From NCBI GenBank assembly GCA_965645245.1, contig OZ287082.1, positions 310,001 to 374,000 on the forward strand: 64,000 nt of DNA, in the 5' to 3' direction. Positions 1 through 11,042 of this stretch are shown here, one piece after another. Every line of letters starts with the position of its first letter. Within the stretch, counting starts at the first letter, position 1. Source of the DNA: Massalongia carnosa. Taxonomy: Eukaryota. The translations under genes were made by a program, and so were the position numbers. The notes below the pieces were generated by a model. That model had not been told where the DNA came from. It saw nothing but the letters and a program-made list of their open reading frames with translations, and did no database searches.

Positions 1-550
1 TTTTGTATCAAGATAAGATGAACGATAATGCAGTAAAATTCAGATTGAAATCTGCTTTTGAATTAAAGTAAGATGAATATTAATACAAAAAAAGTCAGAC
101 TGAAATCTGTCTCAGAATTAACGTCATCCTCTGAAATGTCTTAAAATCTTCGAATAAAAAGTCTGTCAAGTGTTTAAAATCTTTAAAAATTGTCTTTGAT
201 ACATGCAATCTGACAAAAGATCTTTTGAGAATTTTGCCTATGAGGCACGAAGGCCAGCAGGACTTTAAAGTTTTTCTATGGGGCACGTAGACCAGCAGGA
301 CTTTGTAGTTTGCCAATGAGACATAATAAATCCGAATCTTTACAACTATTTCTCATGATTATCAATATGAGAAGTCTTGAATAATGTTATGCATGAGATA
401 ATATTTCATGATATAGATACGATGTTTAATTTTGCATAAAGATAATATCATACTGTTATTGAAAGAGAATTAAAGTCCATTCTGCAGCACACGTTTCGCA
501 AACCTACTTTAATTCTCATCCCCAAATCGTCATATTCTTCAACTATCGTT

Positions 551-2800
551 TCACTCTAGCCACGCGTTCGCCGCCGATAGAATATCCCGCAACGTCCCGT
601 TATCATTATCCTCATCTCTCATAGCCCGAAAATCAAAACCACGACGACGACAATGACGATCGCGATTCAGAAACATCGCCCGCTCGAAATCGATCAGCAT
701 GAGGCGATCCAGTTCGCGGTTCCAGAGGACGTTGGGCGGGCGCAGGTCTGCTTGATTGATTCCTGCGAGTGTCACTTCGGCGACGGTGCGGCGGAGTTCT
801 GCTTGGAAGGATGGTCTTGTTTTGACCTTCTCGTAAGATTCGGCCACGTCTCCTCCCCAGGACATGAGGAGCATGTGCACGATTCGAACCTCGACGTCGA
901 GATGGTAGGGTTTGGCGAGGTCAATGTTGCCAAGATAGACGGGAACGGCCGCGCCTTGAAGATGTTCCAGATGGCGGTACACTCGCCCTTCATGTCGCAA
1001 GTTGGATACGAATGCGCGGATGGTGCCTTTGGCCACGAAGACATAGCCGTGCGAGGTCAATCGGATTCGGAACAATGCCCCTCGAGCACCTCGTTGGCCT
1101 AAGGGTTCGCAGTTCCGGTCAAGGGTACGGTCCAGCTGCCTGTTAACCAACGCCGTGAACTCTGGCAGGCTGATGGCGTGGCGATCGCTCTTTCTCCGAT
1201 GCTTGGACACGTTTGGACAGCGCTCGTCCAGCGTGGATTTCTGCCGGATCCCGAGCAAGCACTTCTGACTGCAGTACCGTTGTCTTTGGTGCTTGCCTTT
1301 ATCCTGATCCTTGCACAGAGACTGTCGCTCTTCCTCATTGGATCTATTTGACAGCTGCCGCACTTGTCCGTTTTTTGGATTCTTCATGGAGGACTCTGTC
1401 TCGGATAAATCCGACGATGATTCTTCAGGAGCAGGATCGATCTTAGGGGGCTCGCAGCGCTTCCTTCCTCGCAGCCGAAGCTTGATCGGAGTTCGATCGG
1501 AATTCTTCGAAATCTTGAGTCCACCGTTGGCCTTGAAGAGCGAACTAGGCGTTTCGACACGTTCTCGATCTTCGTCCGATTGACTCGAAAATCCGGCATT
1601 CTTTTCCCATCTTTCCAGCTCATCCATCATTTTGTTCCGCCAACCCTGGTTCCTCTCGGTGAACTGCTCCGACTGAAACGCCATGAGACACAGGCCAAGC
1701 ACCTGAGCAACAGCAGTGCGTTGCCAGTCGTAGCCATTCCTGTCCACGTCCTCGTTCGGGATGGCCAAGTGATAATACACCGTGGCTGGGTTTTTGGCTC
1801 GCACCCAGAGGAAGACGAGTGCAACTCCTGTCGTGATGTAACTATACTCCAACCCGTTCTCGATCATATCCGAGTAAGCCTGCGTGACCGCGCATCCTAT
1901 GCGCCAGTCCGCTTTATGATCTTTCTGTTCCTGCTCCGTCGCAAATATGGACACGTTGATGACATCGTTAGCTACGTTCATGGGCCGCAGACGTGTTTGC
2001 AGGTCTTGCACTGAAAGTTTGTGAGCCGCTTTGTATTCGGCCACCAACAGCAGTTTGTGACTTCCGGCCGTCTTGTAGATGCAATATTGATCCGGTCGAC
2101 CGCGTTTTCGCGCTTCTGAAGGATGATGCGTGTCAGCGTTGCCCTGAATTCTCGGATTCCGCAGGTCTTCCATCATATCATGCTTCAGCGCCTCTTCTCC
2201 TTGGTCATTGAGGGCATTCGCATGGTTATCAAATCCTAACCCATCGAGTTCTGTCATCTTGCTCAGTTGCTCCATAATCTTTGCCGTGGGCCCCTCCACT
2301 GCGAGTCGCTCGTAGGATGCGAGATCTGATTCGCTGGCATATTTGCGCTCACAGAGGTCGTCGCCAAGCTCTTGCAAATGCTGCACCGTGGCAAATAGCC
2401 GGAGATGAGGCGTGCAGTCCGAGTGAAAGCGTTTTCGCGCATCGATCAATAACGATGCTTGGGCTCCGTCGAAGCCCTCCCAAGGCCGGAGTTTGCTGGG
2501 ACATACCTTGCCGGTCACGCTGGTAAGTGCGCCCGTCGTGGTTATACTCTTGTTTACTTGAATGGAAAGTCGCTTCGAGATGTGCACGTGGCAGGCTTCC
2601 AGGTACTCTTCGAACGTTGTTGCCCGTAAGCGCTGCTCGGCTTCTTCCCTGCGCTGCTCGGCTTCTTTCCTGAGCTGCTCGGCTTCTTCCCTTCGCTGAT
2701 CGGCTTCTTCCCTTCGCTGATCGGCTTCTTCCCTGCGTCGCTCCAGCTCCCTCAAGCGTTCCTCGAGACGCTGAAAATCGGATTCTCTTCGTGCCGCCAT
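551..2800 (-). CDS. Spok-like (spore-killer family) protein, copy 1: coiled-coil, PD-(D/E)XK nuclease, Cys cluster, kinase-like domain; 749 aa, intronless
   Basis: N-terminal RREEA(D/E)Q heptads; RPDQY...AEYK (D237, E255, K257); YCSQKC-x13-CPNVSKH (C510, C514, C528); G-rich loop LGQRGARG, FVAKG, QADLRPPN (D685), IDFE (D704). Domain order matches Podospora SPOK proteins as I recall them. Confidence 0.85.
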   Translation of the reverse strand: MAARRESDFQRLEERLRELERRREEADQRREEADQRREEAEQLRKEAEQRREEAEQRLRATTFEEYLEACHVHISKRLSIQVNKSITTTGALTSVTGKVCPSKLRPWEGFDGAQASLLIDARKRFHSDCTPHLRLFATVQHLQELGDDLCERKYASESDLASYERLAVEGPTAKIMEQLSKMTELDGLGFDNHANALNDQGEEALKHDMMEDLRNPRIQGNADTHHPSEARKRGRPDQYCIYKTAGSHKLLLVAEYKAAHKLSVQDLQTRLRPMNVANDVINVSIFATEQEQKDHKADWRIGCAVTQAYSDMIENGLEYSYITTGVALVFLWVRAKNPATVYYHLAIPNEDVDRNGYDWQRTAVAQVLGLCLMAFQSEQFTERNQGWRNKMMDELERWEKNAGFSSQSDEDRERVETPSSLFKANGGLKISKNSDRTPIKLRLRGRKRCEPPKIDPAPEESSSDLSETESSMKNPKNGQVRQLSNRSNEEERQSLCKDQDKGKHQRQRYCSQKCLLGIRQKSTLDERCPNVSKHRRKSDRHAISLPEFTALVNRQLDRTLDRNCEPLGQRGARGALFRIRLTSHGYVFVAKGTIRAFVSNLRHEGRVYRHLEHLQGAAVPVYLGNIDLAKPYHLDVEVRIVHMLLMSWGGDVAESYEKVKTRPSFQAELRRTVAEVTLAGINQADLRPPNVLWNRELDRLMLIDFERAMFLNRDRHCRRRGFDFRAMRDEDNDNGTLRDILSAANAWLE
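2631..2735 (-). repeat. 5 x 21-bp tandem repeat encoding coiled-coil heptads
   Basis: Units cgctg(c/a)tcggcttcttccct(g/t) at 2631, 2652, 2673, 2694, 2715; copy 2 has only 2 units. Confidence 0.95.
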
Positions 2801-2821
2801 GACCGCTACGAGGAAATGTCA

Positions 2822-2959
2822 TGTAGTGCAATTAATATGTGTTTGTGTATGTCGAGTTGTTTCGATTGAGATTACCTTGACAACACTAGTCTTAAGCATG
2901 ATAAGATAAGATTAGATGACCTTTATCTCCGGAATTTCGCTTAGTCAGCCATGGCTACA
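2822..2959 (-). repeat. 138-bp LTR-like segment directly upstream of Spok-like copy 1
   Basis: TGTAG...CTACA inverted termini; the 109 bp nearest the gene are shared with 51911-52019; no TSD found. Confidence 0.4.
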
Positions 2960-3446
2960 GTGGTAGTATGGCGTCTAGAGAGACCAGATGGTCTGCACCT
3001 TCCAAGGCTGGCACCTTCCTATTTTAGTTAGCTTAAAACCAGGCCTTTTGGCCTGGGAAAAATATCATCTGCTTTCTACCTTCAGAACGCTTTTCGGGTC
3101 CATGGCTTTTCTGGCGACCACGGTGCGATGCTGAGAGAAGCCTTGATAGTAGACGTTATATAGAGAAGTACCAGCGCTAGTATCCAGTCCCAAGTTGTCC
3201 GAGTTCCACCCAGACAGAGTCCCATTCATCCCCCATATTCACCTCAATTCCTCCAACCTCCTCATCCTTACCTGAAGAGAAGTCAAGGTGGCACACCCAG
3301 ACTCACTATACGAAGAACTAGTCCGATACCTACCCCCACTCCCAGGAAACGCCCCATTCAGTCCACCTAGTCCTATCCACATCATGGCTAATATTCCAGA
3401 CAACTTTTGTGGCTGCTTCTCCGGAAAAGGTAGAAGATTTCCCGAG

Positions 3447-5357
3447 GAAATGCCGCGCCCGGCGAAATGCCGCACTTTACAATTCGGCATTAGAATATTG
3501 TTTTCGTCGTTAATCAACAACTACAACGATTAATGGAATGTGTTTTAAATATAGTATAAATAGAAATTATGTACACGATATCCGACCCTAAAAACCTTAC
3601 ATAGCAAAACGCCCTGGGCGCTGGACCCTTCTTCCAGTCGAGGTTAGTTAAAACCACCTCCTCTACCTCTTTAGCGATAATAACACGAGTAGGCGGCTTT
3701 ACCTTCTTCTTTCGAGTCTTTTGAACTTTAGTAGACCCTGTATACTGCTTCTGCTGCCCGAGCTGTCCCTTAGGATATCTGTTTGCTGCTTTACGTAACT
3801 CCTTCTAAGCCTGCTTCTCAGCGGCCTTGGCTAACCTTTGCTTCTGCAGTCAATCGCCGCTTCTCTAGAGCGATTGCTACCTTTTCTAGCTTCTCCTCTT
3901 GTTTCTGTAACCTTTTAGCAGTAGCTTGTCGTCGCTTCTCGCTAATATCTAGCTGGCGTTGTGCTTCTTCTTCCTCTTTTGCTGCTTGAAATTTCCTGGC
4001 AGCCTGTACTCGCCTAGGACTAAAGAATTGAGGGCCTGAGTCCTCTTCCCCAACTAAATTAAGCCGATTACCTCTCTTCCTCCTCTTCTTTTCGTCCTGA
4101 AGGGTATTGCAGAGCCCTTTGATCACGTGTTTGTTGATAGAGTCCTGGGCAGCAAGGCGTTCGTTAGCCCGGAAGAACTTTCCTAGTAATAACTTCGTAG
4201 GCGCAATATCGTACGCTCGCTGCGTACGGCGAATAGCACGGCTTGTCATTGGTGTTTTTGGCGACTGAGAAGGAGCCTCGATTATCTGTGGTGTGATAAC
4301 ATTTAGTATAAGGCTCGGATTGTAAGGCCAAATACCGGTTTTTCGAAGGCAGAAGTAATTTTTTCCTCCGAAAATACCTGCTGCCATGCAGGGAAGAAAA
4401 CGCTCCAAAAGGCTCTTTTTGACATGTTTATCATGTCTAGACTATCCAACATTAGTCTATTCAGCCCATTGGTATAGAACGTTGCTAACGGCGCGAATAG
4501 AGAAACGTCCAGAGGCTGTAAACGATGCGTAGAGTGCGAAGGTAGAATCAGGAGAAGAATACGTAAGTTATCTCATTTATCGATAAACTTAAGATTCACG
4601 TGGCTAGAATGACCGTCTACTATCAGTAAACGTCTTCTATTTCTAGCCTTTTGCTTCGTATAACGCTGAAAAACCTGCTCTAGCCAATTCAGGCCAAGGA
4701 TATCACAACTCTATCCTTTCGCCGATACTGCAATGAACGCCTCGTCATTAGGATTTACATCCTCAACCCATGTATCCTGGAGTATGCCAGAGTCGCCTTT
4801 ATAGATCAAGGCAGGAGGTAAAGCGGTTCCGTCGGCCCCGATACAAGCAAGGAGGCTGATAAACTCCCTATTCCCGTCCTGGCTTGCATGTGTGATCCGC
4901 CCTGATTCGAGGGCCTCTAGCGACATGATACGTTGCGTGGCACTTGCTTGGCCAATCAAAAAGCCCTTTTCGTCCCAATTGTAACGGTTTTCCCCCGTGA
5001 TATTGTATTTTTCGACACCGGCGACTAGCTAATAGAAACATTAGTTATTTTCGATCATAATTAATATTCAATAAATAGGAATGGGTAGTTAACACGCTAC
5101 CAAATCGTAGAATTGCTTAAATAAAGGCGGATACTCAGATTTTATACGCTGGCTATCTATATTTCGAAGATAAAGACTTTTAAGCCTATCCTTGTATCGG
5201 CGGACAAAATCCCTTGTCCAGTTCTTCCCTACAGGCCCTCCTATCACCTCCTCCGCTAGGTTTCGTACAATTATAGCGGTTGGGGGCAGTCCACGATCGA
5301 CAAGGCGATTGATTTGCTGAATTAAGGCCTCTTCCTGGGCCAAAGTAAGTAGCCCTT
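3447..5357 (-). mobile_element. pogo/Fot1-type DDE transposase fragment (5'-truncated pseudogene, probable intron at 5029-5100)
   Basis: CENP-B-like HTH EEALIQQINRLVDRGLPP...GKNWTRDF; NWDEKGF, DGHSSH and LQPLDV motifs on the minus strand; stops and frameshifts. Confidence 0.9.
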
Positions 5358-7668
5358 ATGCTTCGTGTGGGAGCCAGGGATCGTCCAGCGGCTGGCCTGG
5401 CTGTCCTTTCCCTTCTGGAATCCGCCACCTTGGACGTGATCATGAAGGCGTTTGTCAAAGGTTTGTTTGATGACGAGGTTCGGAAAGACACGATCCGTGG
5501 CCTCACCACCACAGGCCGGTCCCTCCGGGGGCTCTGCACGTTGGCTGAAGATGCCGACAGAGCCAAGAAGGAACTTCATAAGTTACTTGACGAGGAGCAC
5601 AAGACCCGGGAGCTAGATTTCTATCGAGACGTAGTTAGGCAGAATATGGCTCAGGAGAAAATAGAATCCCTCCTAGCTACATACCGGGCACAACCTGTTC
5701 CAAAGGAATGGGCTTTCGATAACCCATTCGAAAAGCCATCACTCACCCCACAAGTTGCCAAACCAGCACCTTTGGGAGAGACGTCCGGAAACTCCACGCA
5801 TCGGCCCAAGCCCAACAACCAGTCATATCACCCCGACCATACTCAGGAAATGGAGACAGACGTTCCCAATTCCATAGACCCCAATCCAAGGATCTTCCGA
5901 GTAGATCCACCTCACTCAATAAATACATCAATGGGTCCCGGACATGGGGGACTGGAGATGGACCTTTGTGCATCAAGTGTGGGGAAATTGGGCATATGTC
6001 TAGGGAATGTTCCGGCACTGTGCTCCCAGCATGGGAGCAATCATACCTCGAGAGCATAGTGTTTGGAGATAACCCACACTCGAACTTCTGTGCGGCTAGA
6101 TTCGGAAGTTATGATGGCAACACACAACCCTATGGAACATCGAGAAACTTCCAAGCCTCATCTTCCTCATTTGCCCCATCATCATCAAAGACTGGAGAAA
6201 GTCCCAGCTCGTGCTCCATCTCCTATGGCATAGCCGAGGATGTGAGTTATATCCTTCCTGTTAGATCATCATCAGTAGATGCTATGTATGGCGAGGGATC
6301 TGGGCCTAGCAAGAGGCCTCACATGGAAGATCCAAGGCCACGGACAATGGATGTTCCTGACAACACATCTGGAGTACCTGGTCCATCCTTTCATTCCGGA
6401 AACCGTACGAAGAAGAAGGGTCAAAAAATGGTGGGTAAGAAATCCGAACCCCAACCACTGGTTGGGATGTTCGATGATTCCATTGGGACATATGAGAAAC
6501 CCATCTCTGTTCGTCAAATGTTGAGGGAGAGTAAGGTAGATATGTCCTGGATGGACTGGATGGCTTGGTCCCCCGAAGCATGCAAGGAAATGAAGCGTCT
6601 GTGTACCAAGGTGACCAAAAGACGCATTCCAAAGGAAAAGCTGGGCAAGGATCCGGAACCACCAAGAGCACCCCCTTCAATCCAACTTTCCCGCCCCGAT
6701 CCACTCTGCCCTCTTTGCCTTCTATGTTTCCACTTCAAGCAACCCAGCCGATGTTCCATCCAACTGGACAATTCCAGAACTACAATCAGCCAGTCCAGTA
6801 CGCTCCAGCCAACCAAGTACATCTCCAAACATATCATACAGTACAACAACCAGTCCAGGCTACAGCAGTACCCCAGCAGGCCCCGCCAGCCCCCCCTATC
6901 CCAGTTCAGCCTCAGTACATCCCGATCGTCCAGCCCACAACCCAACAATTCCAGACTCAAGACATTGGGAATTCCGGGGAGGTGTTGAGCGTCGAAGCCG
7001 ATGGCCAAACCCAATTCCTTAAAACATTGAGAGGTGTGGAAAAAGCATTCAGGATAGAATGTACCATCACATCAGGGACTGGAATATCCATGAACCTAGG
7101 AAAGGCTATCACCCAGGCGGACCAAGGGTCAGAAATGGACGTCATCTCCGACTCCATACGAGCCCAGATAGGTGCTCCGAAAAAAGCACTATCTGACATT
7201 GGGTTTCATGGCCTCACTATGCGCACTGCAGACCATAGGGATACCCGCCTGGATTATTGGGCCGAGTTCACAATTACCACATCTGGGATCTCTCGGTTAA
7301 TAAGGTGCTTCATAGCTCCTCGGGTCACCATCGCTGGATCATCCAGGTCCGGACACTTCAATCTCTTACTAGGGCTTCCATGGCTATTCAGCGTAAATGC
7401 ACACATATCTATCAGAGAGTCAAGGATTACAATAGGAGACCCTGCAATGGGAGAAACCATGCGAGATATCATCGGCCCGGAAATGGTGTTCTGTACAGAA
7501 CACACTTTAATAATGTACCCATTAAAAGCATTTCCAGAGACAGAAAAATCACGTCCAGCCTCCGAAAAAGATTCCGAATCATCCGAGGATGATGAGGACT
7601 CCGACTCGGGGGAAGACCTCTCAGAATTCGAGGATGTAGTGCCAGTACGTGTTTTTGACAGGTCCTAA
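5358..7668 (+). pseudogene. gypsy A gag (zinc knuckle) and aspartic protease, frameshifted
   Basis: CIKCGEIGHMSREC knuckle; ADQGSEMDVIS...LLLGLPWL retropepsin-like motifs; spread over three frames. Confidence 0.8.
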
Positions 7669-7774
7669 GCATGACCTAAAACTGCCCGGATCCACCAATC
7701 GAAAAAAATTGGCTGAGGCTCGCGAGTAACATGATACCCATGTAATATCAGGGTCTGGATCCATAAATACATCT

Positions 7775-10700
7775 ATGCATGGGCCCTCCACCGTTTTCCC
7801 CAGACATGAACCTCTACCTATCCGCCCTGTCATCCGCCAACCCACGAGCAACTTCCCACCCATTCAGGAATTAGAAGAATGCATTGCTGGCCTTGGAGTC
7901 AAGCTAGGACCACTAATTCCATCTGAGAAAGAACGGCTTCAGGTGCTACGATTACTTTACCAATATCGTCACCTGAACTCTGTAGACCTTACGGATCTTC
8001 CATCTACCGATCTGATTATCTACCGAGTCAAGCTAGTTCCGGGGACGCGACCCCACTCCGTCGGACAGAAACGATGGCCACCCCACAAAGAGTGGTGGCT
8101 CAGAAAACTCGTTCAGGATGGAGTCGAAGGAGGAATATATGAAAGAACAGACCTAGTGGACGGACGGCTATCACCATGGAATGCCCGGGCTGTCCTGGTT
8201 GACAAAGTAGAAAATCCCACTATGAAAGATGAGCCTAGAATGACTTTCGATTATTCCAGAGTTGTGGAGGAATTGCCAGGAGCACACATGCAGCTAATGG
8301 CCGGATGTCATGATTATCTCTCAGACCCAAGACATGGATGCTTTACGACCGCTGACCTAAAACATGCATACCTGCTCGTTGTGGTTCATCCAGACGACCG
8401 GAAATATTTCTCCTTCACCATCCCGGGAATGGGCCAATTACAACCCACTCGGATGCAACAAGGGTCAATGACCGCCTCTTTTACAATGTCCGAATTGATG
8501 TGCAGAGCGTTCGGGCCCCTTCCAGAGGAACCATCATTGCTACAAGGAGAGTCCCCAGACTTTCCGCCACCTCTATCATTCGATCAGGATGACATTCTCG
8601 GTGGTCATTCCACATATCAAACCGCATTTACATTCCTAAAAGATCATTTTTTTCCCCGGGTAGAGTGGGCCAAATTACGGCTGTCATTCAAAAAGTTATA
8701 CTTATTCCAAGCGTCAGTAAAAGCCTTAGGCATGAGGCATGATGTCGGTGGACAGGTAAGAATCTTGGAGGAACGAACTGAGAAAATTATGAAATTTCCA
8801 ACTCCAAAGGACCAGACGGGAGTCCGGGCCTTCATTAGGACTATAGGCATCACACATCGCTGGGTGCCTAATTATTCAGAGCTTAGTAGACCATTGACTC
8901 GACTAACTGGAAAAGTGGAGTGGAGATGGGGAGACTCGGAGCAACTGGCCTTCGAAATTCTAAAAATCAAATGCACTATTCTCACAGCTATGTATGGCTA
9001 TGATCACACATTGCCTGCGCATTTCTACACGGACGCCTCAATGAACGGAGGGGGTTTGGTCATTACCCAGTTCCGAGATGAAGGTGGAAAGTCCATAGAA
9101 GTTCCCATCCTATACGATTCGATTAAATTCAGTACCACGGAGAAGAGGTACCCCATATATAAGAAGGAGCTATGTGCACTGGTGAAGTTTGTCATGAAAC
9201 ATGATTATTTCTGCATACATCCCATCAACATGACTGTGGTTCACACAGACCACAAGCCACTCGTGCACTTTCTGAAGTCTGATATCCACGAAGGTATCTA
9301 TGGACACTGGGCCGATAAACTGAGGAGGCTGAATATCGAAATCAAGTACATTCCGGGTAAGCGGAACAAGGTAGCTGACGGATTATCCAGGACACTCTTT
9401 CTCGAGGAGGATTGTTCTTCGGACCAAGCTGTGCAGGAAGCCATCAGCCGATTATCTGCTGATGGACCACAATGGATATGGAAGGATGGAAAAACTGGAT
9501 ATGAAGAGTTCCTAAAATCAATTAGTCCACAAGAACGTATGGAGGTCATAGACCACGGGTCCCTTGCGGGAGAGAATGTTTTTGCTTCTACACTAGCCTT
9601 GGAGGTCAGTGCCATGCCTGGATCAACCAGGCCTGATTCAACACTTTCATGGACAGATGCCTACTTATCCTCTGATTGGTTTGGGCGCGTGTATCGTATC
9701 TTGACAGATAAACAACCCCAACTAAACTCGGGGGAATTTTCACGGTCCATGGACTATCGAGTGGACCCACAGACCGGTATACTCTGGAAGTACCACAAGG
9801 GTACTTACCTTCCTTGCATTCCTGAGACAAAAGTTTTGCAAGTACTAAGAGTCGCACACGATGAGGGTGGCCATTGGGCCAAACAGGGGACTCTGGCAAA
9901 GATCCGAGGGTTCGTGTATTGGCCATCCCAATCCACCGATGTGGAAAGGTACATCAGGGGGTGCTTGGAATGTGCAAAGCATGGACCAGCCACAAAGTCC
10001 CAACTACTTCATCCAGTCCGTGTCCAGAGGCCATTTCAGCTGATAGGATTCGACTTCATCGGACCACTACCTACATCCAAGAAAGGATACCTATACATAT
10101 TCCACGTTCTGGAGTACTTCTCCCGTTTCTCCATCACTATTCCAAGTAAGACGGCAAATGCATCTGATGTGCTACCTGCCTTAGAGCAAATGTTCGTATT
10201 ATACGCTAGACCTCAGGCCATATATTGTGACCGGGGACAACACTTTGAAAACTCCGAGGTAAAGAACTTCCTTTCAGAAAAGGGCATATCTTACTTGTAC
10301 AGTCCGTCTGGCGCGTCCCAAAGTACTGGGATGGTAGAAATAGGGAATCGCTTGCTAGAGGACATCCTCCGGAAGACCCAAAGTGGGATATCCAAAGATT
10401 GGGAGGCCATCCTAGGGAGGTCCACGTACAATCTAAACGCTAGAGTGATTCATCATTCAGGGGCATCCCCAGCGTCCATCCTACTAGGAGTTGGTCCAGA
10501 CACTCCCACCATAAACCCCATTCTCCGATCGGTGCCCACACAATCAGTTTCCGCATGGATAGACCAGGTCCTGGATCCAGATCAACATCAGGCCTTGGTG
10601 CGAAAGTTCATTAGTTATCGAGCGCAGCTCCACGATACCATTCAATCAAGATCAAATCAGAGGAAGGATTTGGAGAGAGCCCGATTCAATCGTGGTATCA

Positions 10701-10996
10701 TCCAACACGAATTCGCATCAGGGGATCTGGTCATGTTATTCCAAAAAACATCAGGGAAATTACAGCCCAGATGGCGTGGTCCATTCTATGTAGAAGGCTT
10801 TGGTGGAAGTCATGGGACATCCTACACAATCCGTCAGATCAATGGGAGAAAAATAAAGGGAACCTTTCATGGCAATCATCTGAAAGAGTTTGTTGTTCGG
10901 ACTGGTCGCCTGGCAAATCCATCCGACATACCACTACCACCTTTTCAAACTATTCGTGAAAGAAGGAGAGCTTTGAGAGGTGAGACAACTAGATAA
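7775..10996 (+). CDS. gypsy A pol (RT, RNase H, integrase); RT motif reads DQDD
   Basis: PRMTFDY, TADLKHAY, FDQDD; TDAS...KKELCAL...TDHKPL RNase H; H...H...CLEC, FDFIGP, CDRGQHF integrase; WRGPF. Confidence 0.92.
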   Translation: MHGPSTVFPRHEPLPIRPVIRQPTSNFPPIQELEECIAGLGVKLGPLIPSEKERLQVLRLLYQYRHLNSVDLTDLPSTDLIIYRVKLVPGTRPHSVGQKRWPPHKEWWLRKLVQDGVEGGIYERTDLVDGRLSPWNARAVLVDKVENPTMKDEPRMTFDYSRVVEELPGAHMQLMAGCHDYLSDPRHGCFTTADLKHAYLLVVVHPDDRKYFSFTIPGMGQLQPTRMQQGSMTASFTMSELMCRAFGPLPEEPSLLQGESPDFPPPLSFDQDDILGGHSTYQTAFTFLKDHFFPRVEWAKLRLSFKKLYLFQASVKALGMRHDVGGQVRILEERTEKIMKFPTPKDQTGVRAFIRTIGITHRWVPNYSELSRPLTRLTGKVEWRWGDSEQLAFEILKIKCTILTAMYGYDHTLPAHFYTDASMNGGGLVITQFRDEGGKSIEVPILYDSIKFSTTEKRYPIYKKELCALVKFVMKHDYFCIHPINMTVVHTDHKPLVHFLKSDIHEGIYGHWADKLRRLNIEIKYIPGKRNKVADGLSRTLFLEEDCSSDQAVQEAISRLSADGPQWIWKDGKTGYEEFLKSISPQERMEVIDHGSLAGENVFASTLALEVSAMPGSTRPDSTLSWTDAYLSSDWFGRVYRILTDKQPQLNSGEFSRSMDYRVDPQTGILWKYHKGTYLPCIPETKVLQVLRVAHDEGGHWAKQGTLAKIRGFVYWPSQSTDVERYIRGCLECAKHGPATKSQLLHPVRVQRPFQLIGFDFIGPLPTSKKGYLYIFHVLEYFSRFSITIPSKTANASDVLPALEQMFVLYARPQAIYCDRGQHFENSEVKNFLSEKGISYLYSPSGASQSTGMVEIGNRLLEDILRKTQSGISKDWEAILGRSTYNLNARVIHHSGASPASILLGVGPDTPTINPILRSVPTQSVSAWIDQVLDPDQHQALVRKFISYRAQLHDTIQSRSNQRKDLERARFNRGIIQHEFASGDLVMLFQKTSGKLQPRWRGPFYVEGFGGSHGTSYTIRQINGRKIKGTFHGNHLKEFVVRTGRLANPSDIPLPPFQTIRERRRALRGETTR

Positions 10997-11042
10997 TCAT
11001 CACTCCGATATACACCATCTTCAGGCCTCGAAGGGGGGATAC

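Noticed and set aside
237..304. Two imperfect ~30-bp direct repeats near the cassette end
   Set aside because: Outside the shared homology and absent at copy 2; no function supportable
653..2831. Many short overlapping or antisense ORFs over the Spok-like gene, echoed at 52149-54901
   Set aside because: Shadow frames; their recurrence just reflects the DNA duplication
323..2959. Spok-like gene as cargo of a complete LTR element
   Set aside because: No second LTR, PBS, PPT or TSD downstream of either copy
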